This document shows positions 25,784 to 34,887 of a stretch of DNA of 64,000 bases, piece after piece. Under the pieces are notes generated by a model. It made no database searches. It was given only the letters and a program-made list of their open reading frames with translations, and was not told where the DNA came from. Location: positions 1,813 to 65,812 of the forward strand of contig CAJLCI010000005.1 of the NCBI GenBank assembly GCA_905205065.1, in the 5' to 3' direction. A program made the position numbers and the translations under genes. Each line of letters opens with the position of its first letter. Position 1 is the stretch's first letter. This DNA is from an uncultured Eubacteriales bacterium (GTDB lineage Bacteria; Bacillota; Clostridia; Oscillospirales; CAG-272).

Positions 25784-27369
25784 GACTGTATACCTCCCAT
25801 CTGTGGGGCAGTGTCTTCCTCCTGGGCATCCGTCTGGGTAAAATCTGTTTGCAGGAATTCCTCCGGTGTCAGGTCGTAGCCCAGGAAGTTAGGGCTGGTA
25901 TCGTCATCGAATACAAAATATTCCTGGCCGCCAAAGTCCAGCGGCGCTTTGGTCAGGATCGTACCAGCGTGATTTACCGCCACGTTCCTTTCAATGGTGG
26001 CGAAAGCCAGATTTTCTCCTTCCCGCAGGTCATAGCGGTAAAGCCCATCCGGAAGCTCCTGTTCGGTTACCCGGCCATTGGTAAACAGGGCGGTCTGCCC
26101 AAGCACCTCCACCACTTCCAGCTTTTCATCCGTCAGGGCCTGGGTGGATAGTTCTCTGGACGACTCCCCATAAGGAACCAATTCGTACAGGGAATGCCCG
26201 CGGGCCGATAGGATTCCATATTCTGTCTGTGATGCGCTCAGACTTTGCAGCAATCTGGCTCCTTCGGCCTGTGTTGCAATGGTGGACAGCCACCTCCGAT
26301 CCATGCGGGCGTCCAAGTGATGGGACAGATATTCTTTGAAAAAGTTCGCCTCATCACAGGGCAGAGGTGTGAATTCATACTCTGGAAGATGAGAGGCAAG
26401 CTCCAGGGCCTTTTCCATTGTCAGGTGCGGCTCGGCCTCCAGTACCGCCTTGTATTTAATCTGCTCCGGTTCGTCCATGGCCTGATACTGCATGGCAATC
26501 TGGTTCAACCGGGCAAAGTGATCCATGCTGTCGAAGACCTGGTCATCGATCTGTGGGATGGCGGATTCCATGTCGAAATAAACACAGTCTTCCATGCAAA
26601 CCTCGTTTTGTCGATTTGCCGCCTGATCTGCCTGTTCCTGCGAAATCGGCAGGCTGATCCACTCGGCACTTCCAATGGTTTCTTCCGGATCGTCCATGGG
26701 CGTTTGAGCGACCAAAAGCCGGAACACAGTATCCTCCGGTTCTTCCTTTATTTCCGGCAGATGGGTTCCATCATAAATCTCAGCCAGCTCATATGCCCCG
26801 GCTACCACGTAACAGCCCTCCACGAACACGCCGCCATCATTTTCCCTCTGCATTTTCCCGATCTGAGCCAAATCCAGCAGATAGAGGGAGGACTCAGGGA
26901 TGGCGTTTACATCTTCATTCAGCTCATTCTCGATGACAAACCGCCCCAAGGCTTCATCATCGCCGACATTCGAGGCGATCATGACCGCTTCCAGTCCATA
27001 GGTCAGGTTGATCAGATCCTTCATGGGGATTCCGTTCTCATACCGGACATCTTCCATCCGGTAGCGGAATACGCCTTTCAGAAGCAGGATATCCTCATCC
27101 GGCATGGACGCCAGCCGGCGGGCAAAAAAGTTTAGCTCCGGAAGCGTGGGAGCGATCAGGATAGTATCGGCCAGCTCCGGGAGTTTTGGGCTTTCCCGGA
27201 TGCTCACGTTGAAAGAGGGGGCCGGATTTTCTGTAGCCCGGAGTCTCTGGAGAGCGTCCTGAATGCGGCCGCCCATGGCAGGAAGGTCTAAGGCTGTAAA
27301 ATAAACGCCGCTCTGGTCAGCATTTTCTGTGACTACTTCAATCTGTAAGGTTTTTCTATCGGATTCCAT
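25780..27369 (-). CDS. hypothetical large ICE protein
   Basis: 529-aa ORF with 4-nt overlap to the downstream gene; no motif recognised. Confidence 0.55.
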   Translation of the reverse strand: MESDRKTLQIEVVTENADQSGVYFTALDLPAMGGRIQDALQRLRATENPAPSFNVSIRESPKLPELADTILIAPTLPELNFFARRLASMPDEDILLLKGVFRYRMEDVRYENGIPMKDLINLTYGLEAVMIASNVGDDEALGRFVIENELNEDVNAIPESSLYLLDLAQIGKMQRENDGGVFVEGCYVVAGAYELAEIYDGTHLPEIKEEPEDTVFRLLVAQTPMDDPEETIGSAEWISLPISQEQADQAANRQNEVCMEDCVYFDMESAIPQIDDQVFDSMDHFARLNQIAMQYQAMDEPEQIKYKAVLEAEPHLTMEKALELASHLPEYEFTPLPCDEANFFKEYLSHHLDARMDRRWLSTIATQAEGARLLQSLSASQTEYGILSARGHSLYELVPYGESSRELSTQALTDEKLEVVEVLGQTALFTNGRVTEQELPDGLYRYDLREGENLAFATIERNVAVNHAGTILTKAPLDFGGQEYFVFDDDTSPNFLGYDLTPEEFLQTDFTQTDAQEEDTAPQMGGIQS

Positions 27370-27393
27370 TGTTCCATCTCCATTTCTTCTTTC

Positions 27394-28110
27394 TTATAGC
27401 TGCATCCCCGGCATTTCGTCCTGCCCATCCGAAAGCGCGCGGTTTACCATTTCCTGAAACCGCTCCGGATCATCGCAGATAGCCTTGAACGCAAGCCCCA
27501 TGCGTTCCAGCAGTTCGGCATCCGGGCAGTAGCAGTAAAATCCTCCGGCCTCACTGTCAAACGAAATCCTTCGCAAGCCCGCATCATCCTGAAAGGCGGC
27601 CTGGAAAACTTTTTCCCATTCGTAGCCGCTCCCATGGGTATACAGGCCGAAGGAATTCTTTGCTTCTTCGCCATGTTCCTCCGCGAACCGGTTAAACGCC
27701 GCCTGTCCGTAATTCTCATAGGGTTCCTGCAGAAAAGAAAAAGGAAGAGACAGCCCATATTTCCCGTTGCCGCATTGGTACAGTTCAAATGGCTCCAGCC
27801 TCTTATTGACTTCTTCCAGCCGCTCATCCTCCTGGCTGGGTTCCTCATCGATCTCTGCTGTACCGTCCAGTTCCATCTGCATGGGGATCAGCACCTTCAG
27901 CAGCGCCTCACGATATTCCATGTCGGCAATCCGGTCAATGTAGATGCCGAAGGTGTTCAAAAAATAGGAGCCATCCTCCTGGGTAATCAGCAGGTCGCTT
28001 TCCAGCCCCTGGGTGCAGATAAAATCCGCCACCTCCTGAATGCTGTGCAGTTCATGATTTCCCTGGCTGGAATGCCCAATGAGAAGGGGATATCTTTCTT
28101 CGATGTTCAT
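27394..28110 (-). CDS. hypothetical ICE protein
   Basis: 238-aa acidic ORF. Confidence 0.55.
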   Translation of the reverse strand: MNIEERYPLLIGHSSQGNHELHSIQEVADFICTQGLESDLLITQEDGSYFLNTFGIYIDRIADMEYREALLKVLIPMQMELDGTAEIDEEPSQEDERLEEVNKRLEPFELYQCGNGKYGLSLPFSFLQEPYENYGQAAFNRFAEEHGEEAKNSFGLYTHGSGYEWEKVFQAAFQDDAGLRRISFDSEAGGFYCYCPDAELLERMGLAFKAICDDPERFQEMVNRALSDGQDEMPGMQL

Positions 28111-28730
28111 GGTTCACATTCCTCCTTTTTTTCTGCCGGTTCTATGGCTTTCAGGCCGAATCTGCGGATTGCCATGGCATTGCAGATGGCGGCAAACTGC
28201 TTTGGGGAGATCAGCTCCCTGTCAGCCAGATCCCGGATGGTAAGATGCCTGGTTCCCATATATAAATCCTTGGCCGCACAGTAGAGGGGATAGGTGTATT
28301 CATTCAAACCGCACAGTTTCCTGCGGTCAAACCGGATGAGGTTGCCATCCACCTGATGTTTCATCATGCGCCAGAGCCTTTGGTCGGCGGTAAAAAGATA
28401 GAGCGCAGACAGCAGCGCATAATTTTTCCTGTCCTTTTTCTGTATAGCTATCTGAAAAAGGTTCTGATGGTGACTGCTTAGATAGTTCATGGGCCTCATC
28501 TCGCTTTCGATTAGAAGTTCTTCCACTCTTTGCAGGAAGGGGCGGTATCGGACAGCATGCATGGTATCCGCGATCATCTCCTGATAAGTGGGAGGGGACG
28601 GTTCCTGCAGACAGATATAAATCTGATCCGGCATGACCATGCTCCCATAGCCCTTGGGCTGGAAACCGGGGATCATCTGCATGAGGATCTCCAGCTCACG
28701 GAGGGCTTCGGTTTCGGTAAAATACATCAT
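28107..28730 (-). CDS. hypothetical ICE protein
   Basis: 207-aa ORF, 4-nt overlap. Confidence 0.55.
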   Translation of the reverse strand: MMYFTETEALRELEILMQMIPGFQPKGYGSMVMPDQIYICLQEPSPPTYQEMIADTMHAVRYRPFLQRVEELLIESEMRPMNYLSSHHQNLFQIAIQKKDRKNYALLSALYLFTADQRLWRMMKHQVDGNLIRFDRRKLCGLNEYTYPLYCAAKDLYMGTRHLTIRDLADRELISPKQFAAICNAMAIRRFGLKAIEPAEKKEECEP

Positions 28731-28791
28731 TCATGGTTCCTTTCATAAAAAAAGCCCTCGCTTCATCAACAAAGCAAGGGTGCCACTTCAG

Positions 28792-29448
28792 TTACAGATT
28801 CAGTTGTGGGCCATCCTCCGGTTCAAAGGTGGGGGGATTTTTCTCAATCTCCGGATAGCCAAACGACAGCTTTTCCGCCAGCTCATCCAGCGCTTTCGAC
28901 TGCTCAAAGGTGAGGGAGCCGCAGTGATTTCTGGCGTAGTCCACACAACGATAGAGATTTTCTGCTTCTTCCGGCTGGAACAGGCGTTGTTCCTGGATCA
29001 GCCCCGAACGTCGGACGAAAGATTCTTTTGCATATGCATAATTGGGAGAATAATCGCCGCCGGATACATAGCTGCGCTCTTTATCCTGATCCCATGTGGT
29101 AAACATGAAACCATGGTTTTCATTATACGTTCCGGCCAGGACGATATTCCCATACTCCGCCAGTTTCCGGTAATCATGGACGCCCTCTGCCTCCATCTGC
29201 GGGGCTGCTTCATAGAGGCCCACATACTCACGGATGGCTCTGACCTCTTGATGAATTTTATCATAGAGTTCCGTCTGGCTTAGTGCCTCAAACTGATCCT
29301 CATAAAACCGGAGAAAGCCTTCGGGTGTCTGACGACAGAAAGGATCGTCTCCGTGAAAAATGTGGAGCAGACCATCCCGATAACCATAATACCCAGTACA
29401 GTCTAATTGAGGGAGGCGGCGGAGCAATTCTGCCTGATAGATTGTCAT
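28792..29448 (-). CDS. hypothetical ICE protein
   Basis: 218-aa ORF. Confidence 0.55.
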   Translation of the reverse strand: MTIYQAELLRRLPQLDCTGYYGYRDGLLHIFHGDDPFCRQTPEGFLRFYEDQFEALSQTELYDKIHQEVRAIREYVGLYEAAPQMEAEGVHDYRKLAEYGNIVLAGTYNENHGFMFTTWDQDKERSYVSGGDYSPNYAYAKESFVRRSGLIQEQRLFQPEEAENLYRCVDYARNHCGSLTFEQSKALDELAEKLSFGYPEIEKNPPTFEPEDGPQLNL

Positions 29449-29462
29449 AGGCTGTATTCACC

Positions 29463-30173
29463 TCACATTCCCATGGCGAAACCTACATGTTCATCTTCCG
29501 ATTCATCCTCAATCTCGGATTCATCCTCGTATTCGTCCTCCAGGGCTTCTTCGGTTTCTTCCTCGCCCTCATCCTCCAGGGCATCCTCTGACATATCTTC
29601 ATCGTCCTGATCCTCTGACTCGCCGGTTTCCTCTAATGGAGACATCTCATCATCCAGTTCTTCGGCATCAGGGCCTTCCTCAGATGTCTCCGGTTCTTCC
29701 TGATCGGAGATAGACGGTTCCGCTTCATCCATTTCCTCCGCAGAAGAAGCAGTTTCCGCATCTTCCAGTAACTCCTGATCAGCGTCCAACTGCTCAGTAT
29801 CCTCCAGTTCCTCTGTATCCTCGAAGTCACCCTGGGCCTCGCCGGTTTCCTGACTCTCAGCCAGATCCCGATCCAGCTCCTGCTCAATCAGGCCGATGAC
29901 AAAGTCTTTCTGTGTCATGTTATTGCGGTGCAGATAATCCTTGATCCGCTGGAACAGGCTTTCCGGCACCTGAAACGCCAGTGTCCTCATTTTCTCCATG
30001 TTTTTCCCTTCCTTTTCATCAATTTTAGGATGCAGTTCATCCTGCAATGCCAGTGTGACAAACTCCGTCATCGTCATCCCGTGGTCTTGCAGATATTGTG
30101 TAATCTCGGCATGCAAAGCCGCATCGACTTTGACCGTAATGCCTTTCTTCCCGTCAGCAGCCACTGTGTTCAC
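29463..30173 (-). CDS. Tandem RHH-like DNA-binding protein with ~130-aa poly-acidic tail
   Basis: Two strand-helix-helix-like units (ITVKVDAALHAEITQYLQDHGMTMTEFVTLAL and LAFQVPESLFQRIKDYLHRNNMTQKDFVIGLI). These are followed by an almost pure D/E/T/S tail. Confidence 0.55.
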   Translation of the reverse strand: MNTVAADGKKGITVKVDAALHAEITQYLQDHGMTMTEFVTLALQDELHPKIDEKEGKNMEKMRTLAFQVPESLFQRIKDYLHRNNMTQKDFVIGLIEQELDRDLAESQETGEAQGDFEDTEELEDTEQLDADQELLEDAETASSAEEMDEAEPSISDQEEPETSEEGPDAEELDDEMSPLEETGESEDQDDEDMSEDALEDEGEEETEEALEDEYEDESEIEDESEDEHVGFAMGM

Positions 30174-30294
30174 CTCTTTCCATGAATTTCTGAATTGCCC
30201 TTGTTACAATTTCCTCCACAGGCACTTCCTCAATGGCAGCCTGGATCAAAAGCGGCTCCACCAGCGCCTCTGGAATCTCAATTTCCATTTCCAA
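30154..30294 (-). CDS. possible 46-aa RHH-like protein
   Basis: Not in the ORF track. GGAGGT lies 7 nt upstream of TTG 30294, with an ATG at 30288. Translation ...MEIEIPEALVEPLLIQAAIEEVPVEEIVTRAIQKFMERG... Confidence 0.3.
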   Translation of the reverse strand: MEMEIEIPEALVEPLLIQAAIEEVPVEEIVTRAIQKFMERGEHSGC

Positions 30295-30306
30295 ATGATT
30301 TACCTC

Positions 30307-30603
30307 CTACATTCCCATGACGGGGCCTTGATCCTCAGTCATGCCGGATTCCTGTTCCTCTGCCAGTTCTTCCTCTGTCAGCTTGCGGAACGAGTCCTCA
30401 CCAGGCACAACTCCGAGAGACCTTCCATTGTCAAACGAGCAGTGCAGTGTTCCGATATCATCCACTACTTTGACAGTACCTCTTGTCTGATCCTCGACAG
30501 GATTCGGATCTCTGCCCATGCTCAGTAACATGATCCGGGTACCGGGAGGATACTCTGTCTGGTACCGTTTGGCCTGCTGGTGCAGGCGTTCCCATTCATT
30601 CAT
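30307..30603 (-). CDS. DUF4314-like small ICE protein
   Basis: PPGTRIMLLSMGRDPNPVEDQTRGTVKVVDDIGTLHCSFDNGRSLGVVPGEDSF matches the DUF4314 pattern as I recall it. Confidence 0.5.
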   Translation of the reverse strand: MNEWERLHQQAKRYQTEYPPGTRIMLLSMGRDPNPVEDQTRGTVKVVDDIGTLHCSFDNGRSLGVVPGEDSFRKLTEEELAEEQESGMTEDQGPVMGM

Positions 30604-30606
30604 CAG

Positions 30607-30969
30607 CTACATCTCCATTCCTAAATCACTATTTTCTGAATCCATACACTCCGTGTCATCCCAATTATCTTTACGAAGGGCAAAGTTCTCCACAAGCTGT
30701 CTGGGCGTTAAAGGAATATTCGCAGGCTGATTTGTGCGCTCAAACCCATCTTCGCTGATTTCAAACCAGCAATGATCGACCTCGGTATCATACTCATCGA
30801 ATCTCCTTTCCGGCATCCCGACCTGTCTTGGGATAAAATATTCCCCCATGTCACAGCAATCAAGAATGCTTTGGATTTGCTCCTTGGATAATTCCCCCTG
30901 GATAACGCACTCATTATGAACCTTATAGTTACCTGCATCCCGATATAGATAGCAGATCTTGGTGTTCAT
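30607..30969 (-). CDS. hypothetical ICE protein (first gene at the right end)
   Basis: 120-aa ORF with a GGAGG RBS; the last GC-rich gene before the junction. Confidence 0.5.
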   Translation of the reverse strand: MNTKICYLYRDAGNYKVHNECVIQGELSKEQIQSILDCCDMGEYFIPRQVGMPERRFDEYDTEVDHCWFEISEDGFERTNQPANIPLTPRQLVENFALRKDNWDDTECMDSENSDLGMEM

Positions 30970-31020
30970 GGATATGACCTCCTATCCTTATAGCTTGTAG
31001 GATAGGGGGATTTTTCCCAT

Positions 31021-31047
31021 AAAAAAAGCGACCACTCTCATGGTCGT
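31021..31047 (-). terminator. Terminator at the ICE right end (blocks read-in from host flavodoxin gene)
   Basis: Minus strand reads CGACCA-ugagag-UGGUCG followed by CUUUUUUU. Confidence 0.5.
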
Positions 31048-31129
31048 TCCTACCTTACTCTATACACACTTTTTCTTTCTGTTGTGTTTCCTGTACCTAT
31101 TCGCCCTCCTTCCTCCACGCAATACACCG

Positions 31130-31594
31130 CTATACACAGATATAACCCTGCTCCATTTTAGGATATCCTATAAATACGGTGTCGTAAGTGTCAAAGTTTT
31201 CTGCATTGGGAGTTTTGAGAACGACATTTCTTTCTGTCGGATTATCGTGCTCATAAGAAACACGGCTGTTATTATTTGTCCAGTCCAGATCTTCACTGCT
31301 GTAAATTTTTTCAGGAATAATTTCAAATAAATCTCCGCCGGTTGTAGAAGCAATGTATTCAGCAATTTCTCTTGTGTTTCCTGTTGCGGAGAAGTACACG
31401 ACAAGCGTTTTTTTGTCTGAATTTTGCGTTGTATTGTCTGCTGCAGTCTGCTCCGAGGTGCTATTTTCATTCTCGCTTTGCGATGTTTCCGAAATAGCGG
31501 AAGTGATTTCTGCATTTTTTTTAACCTGATTGACGCAGGACGAAAAAGCAAGTATGAGAAATACGTTTAAGATAGTTAATAAAGTTTTTTTCAT
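31130..31594 (-). pseudogene. Lipoprotein-type flavodoxin, 3'-truncated at the conserved GYP(x)WW motif
   Basis: Lipobox LILAFSSC, then a flavodoxin core (TLVVYFSATGNTREIA...YDTVFIGYP). After GYP the reading frame runs into unrelated sequence (KMEQGYICV*). The intact paralog at 32908-33411 continues LGYPNYWSTMP...FCTHEGSG. Confidence 0.55.
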
Positions 31595-31690
31595 TGTTTC
31601 TGTTTATCCTTTCATTATTTTTTGATTTACTATTTATTTTAACGTCAATAAGTATGCAAACCGCTTTATGAAATTTTTTGATACTGTATT

Positions 31691-32227
31691 TTATACATTC
31701 ATTCCCATTCGGTATGCTTCATCATATGCTGAGGTATTTTTTATTTCACCTGCTTGCCAGGCTCCTACACCGTATATAATGCCGGCTTCTTTTGAACCTG
31801 ACAGACAATCTTCTGTAAAACCTCTGAAAGACTCTATTGTACGTTTCATATTAGATACTTCGGTATCAGCTGCAGTCACGATAAAGTAAAAATCTTTGTC
31901 TTTAATTTCCGTGTATCTTGGGACTGTTCGATCGATAAAGACTTTCATCTGTCCGCTCATTGTATAGAAATATACGGGAGTTGCCAGAACGATTACATCG
32001 GAGGCAATCAGTTTATCAATGATTTCCGTCATATCGTCTTTCTGAACACATTTATGTATAGAGTTGCATACACCGCATCCGCGGCAATAACCAATATTTT
32101 TCGACGCCAGAAAGATCTTTTCAACATTATGTCCTCTTTCGGACGCTCCCTGCGCAAACCTGTTGCACAGTATATCTGAGTTTCCGTTTTTTCTGGGGCT
32201 TGCCGAAATAATCAATATATTTTTCAT
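31691..32227 (-). CDS. NADPH-dependent FMN reductase / iron-sulfur flavoprotein-like
   Basis: ILIISASPRKNGNSD...VLATPVYFYTMSGQMKVFIDR; Cys cluster CRGCGVC. Confidence 0.75.
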   Translation of the reverse strand: MKNILIISASPRKNGNSDILCNRFAQGASERGHNVEKIFLASKNIGYCRGCGVCNSIHKCVQKDDMTEIIDKLIASDVIVLATPVYFYTMSGQMKVFIDRTVPRYTEIKDKDFYFIVTAADTEVSNMKRTIESFRGFTEDCLSGSKEAGIIYGVGAWQAGEIKNTSAYDEAYRMGMNV

Positions 32228-32228
32228 T

Positions 32229-32552
32229 TTATTGATCCTTCCATATTTCTTTAGCGATACACATCGCAGCCCATGCTTTTGGCCATCCTGCGTAAAATGC
32301 CGTATGTGTCAATATCTCGGATATTTCTTCTTTTGTCACTCCATGATTTTTTGCGTTTGACAAATGAAACTTTAAAGAATTATCCAAAATTCCGCTTGAG
32401 ATTAATGCCGTTACCGTAATTATACTTCTATCTCTTGCCGATAGCTTTTCCTCTCTTGACCATACCTCGCCGAAAAGTATGTCATCATTTAATTCGGCAA
32501 ACTTCGGAGCAAATTCTCCGAGCTCATCTCTTCCAGCCGTTACTTTTTCCAT
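32229..32552 (-). CDS. Carboxymuconolactone decarboxylase (AhpD-like) family protein
   Basis: Start moved to ATG 32552 (GGGAGGG RBS). LSARDRSIITVTALIS...HGVTKEEISEILTHTAFYAGWP is typical of CMD. Confidence 0.75.
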   Translation of the reverse strand: MEKVTAGRDELGEFAPKFAELNDDILFGEVWSREEKLSARDRSIITVTALISSGILDNSLKFHLSNAKNHGVTKEEISEILTHTAFYAGWPKAWAAMCIAKEIWKDQ

Positions 32553-32907
32553 ATTAAGCCCTCCCAATAATTTTTTTATTATAATTAAAATTGTTATGTT
32601 TACGTTTGTAAGACGTTCGCCACGTAGTCGGCGTTTTTCATTCACTATTCCGGTGCCGGTATACTCTATCTACCGTCGGAACTCCTTATAAAGGTTTTTT
32701 CCCTTATTGAATTTTTCCTTAAAAAGAAGAATTGCAATAGCTCTGCCTGATAAAGTATTGTGCAAAAGTTTTATTTTTCTCCTGCGGCAAATATGTTCAT
32801 TTCATTTAAGCGCGAATTAATTACCGCGCCTTGCGAATGACATATAAATTATATGCTAAAGAAAGTATACTGCCATTTATTGATTTTTGTATCTTTATGT
32901 TATTTTG

Positions 32908-33411
32908 TTAAATCCATTTTTCTATATCTTTTCTTGAACGGTTTACGCTTCCTCCCTGAATTGCAAGTCCTTTTTCAATTTTGGCTGAAGGACAGATCCG
33001 TTTTATATCGCTCATGCTACTTCCCATACCGCTGCCTTCATGGGTGCAAAACGGCTTTATTGCTTTTCCGCTGAAATCAAAATATTCAAGAAAAGTAAAT
33101 ACTGCCATAGGCATAGTACTCCAGTAGTTTGGATATCCGAGATAAATAACGTCATATTCTCCCAGATTTTTAGGGTAATGCTTTAAACTCGGACGGACGT
33201 TATTCTGTTGATCATACTGTGCTTGAGCAATGCATTCATTGTAAATTTTCGAATATGGAGTTTGCTGTTCGATTTTAAAGGTGTCGGCACCTGTAAGCTC
33301 GGCTATAATTCCGGCCGCCATTTCTGTATTTCCGAGCTTCAAGGTCTTAATCAAGCCGTTTACATAGTTTTCACCCGCGCGCGAATAAAACGCTATTAGT
33401 TTTTTTGTCAT
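32908..33411 (-). CDS. Flavodoxin
   Basis: LIAFYSRAGENY...LGYPNYWSTMP...PFCTHEGSGMG. Confidence 0.8.
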   Translation of the reverse strand: MTKKLIAFYSRAGENYVNGLIKTLKLGNTEMAAGIIAELTGADTFKIEQQTPYSKIYNECIAQAQYDQQNNVRPSLKHYPKNLGEYDVIYLGYPNYWSTMPMAVFTFLEYFDFSGKAIKPFCTHEGSGMGSSMSDIKRICPSAKIEKGLAIQGGSVNRSRKDIEKWI

Positions 33412-33649
33412 ATAAATTCTCCTTTCTTTTTAGTTATAACAACTTTTTCGGTCGGTTTGCAATTATTTGTACTCCTGTATTATTTTCATTCCTGTATTTC
33501 AAATCCGAGGATTTCCGACAGTGAAGTAAAAATTACGCAACCGCAAAGTAAGCCTTTATGCTTATTATATCATGTGTTCCCTTGACATGGAATCTCCGAT
33601 ATGTTATTATAGTATTAACTTTAAGTTTATAGAGATTATGAGGCAATAT

Positions 33650-34552
33650 ATGTATAATCCTGCTCTTGATACGTTTATATGCGTAGCTGACTGCGGAAGT
33701 TTTACTAAAGCGTCAGAACGTCTTTACATTTCACCGACCGCTGTTATGAAGCAGATTAACTCGCTTGAAAGTCATCTGAATTTGAAATTGTTAGAGAGAA
33801 AATCGTCAGGAGTTTATCTGACATCTGCCGGAGAAATAATTTACAGGGATGCAAAGTTCATAATAAATTATTCAAAAAAATCAGTTGATGAAGCAATTAG
33901 TTTAGTTCACAGCAATGATACAACATTTTGCGTTGGCACATCATTACTGAATCCCGCAAAACCATTTATGGATTTATGGTATCGAGTAAATCAAAGCTTT
34001 CCTGATTACAAGCTTCACCTTGTTCCTTTTGAGGATAATCATGAAGGTATTTTATCGGAGATAAAAAAGCTGGGAAAAAAGTTCGATTTTCTTATTGGTG
34101 TTTGCGACTCCAAATCGTGGCTTTCACTGTGTAAGTTTTTACAGCTTGGTACTTATAAAAAGATGATAGCGGTATCAAGAGAACACCGTCTCGCGTCTAA
34201 AAGTATTATTGATTTAGAGGACCTGTATGGAGAAACTTTAATGATGGTTTGTCGCGGAGATTCCGGCGTAAACGATTTTATTCGCAATGATCTTGAAAAG
34301 AATTACCCCAGAATTAATATAGAAGATACTCCGCAGTTTTATGATTTGTCTGTCTTTAACCGCTGCGCGGAAACAGGAAATGTTTTGCTCACAATCGAGT
34401 GTTGGCAGGAGGTTCACCCTGGCCTTGTTTCTATTCCCGTAAAATGGGATTACAGTATACCGTACGGTTTGCTTTACAGCAATGATGCGCCGGACGATGT
34501 GCTTCGCTTTGTAAGTGAAACAGAAAAATTGGTATGTAAAATTAATATATAA
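33650..34552 (+). CDS. LysR-family transcriptional regulator (divergent from flavodoxin)
   Basis: N-terminal HTH LDTFICVADCGSFTKASERLYISPTAVMKQINSLE. Start chosen at ATG 33650 (GAGG 6 nt upstream). Confidence 0.85.
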   Translation: MYNPALDTFICVADCGSFTKASERLYISPTAVMKQINSLESHLNLKLLERKSSGVYLTSAGEIIYRDAKFIINYSKKSVDEAISLVHSNDTTFCVGTSLLNPAKPFMDLWYRVNQSFPDYKLHLVPFEDNHEGILSEIKKLGKKFDFLIGVCDSKSWLSLCKFLQLGTYKKMIAVSREHRLASKSIIDLEDLYGETLMMVCRGDSGVNDFIRNDLEKNYPRINIEDTPQFYDLSVFNRCAETGNVLLTIECWQEVHPGLVSIPVKWDYSIPYGLLYSNDAPDDVLRFVSETEKLVCKINI

Positions 34553-34601
34553 ATTCATTTCTTTTTTTGTTAAATTTTAATTTATACTATAATTCAACTT
34601 T

Positions 34602-34651
34602 AACAGATTGTTTTACTGTAAAAACAGTAATTGCAATCTGTTTTATTTTTT
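34602..34651 (+). terminator. Terminator of the LysR gene
   Basis: AACAGAUUGUUUUACUGU-aaaa-ACAGUAAUUGCAAUCUGUU followed by UUAUUUUUU. Confidence 0.7.
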
Positions 34652-34887
34652 CTGACACTTTATCTGAACAAATCTAAAAAAATATTTTTTGCTGTTTACA
34701 AAATTAAAAAAAAATCATCTTTAATATATAGAACGAATTCAAAAAAAAACGATTACAGAAATAAAAAAAGATTTTGTAAGGAAACCTTTTGAATAGCGTT
34801 CTCAGAAATAAAGGTCTGCAGAAAAAACGCTTTATAAGCGGAATATAAAAAAGACCTGACTTATTAAAGAAAGGAATAGTATTAAAA

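Larger units (their letters stand above)
1..31160 (-). mobile_element. Partial Firmicutes-type integrative conjugative element (GC-rich backbone 3877-~31160 plus AT-rich cargo 1-3876); left end outside the window
   Basis: Supported by the T4SS gene set, the sortase/adhesin pair, orphan methyltransferases and uniform minus-strand orientation. Composition changes abruptly near 31,000-31,160 and near 3,850. A host flavodoxin gene is truncated at the right edge. No relaxase, VirD4 or recombinase is seen in the window. Confidence 0.7.
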
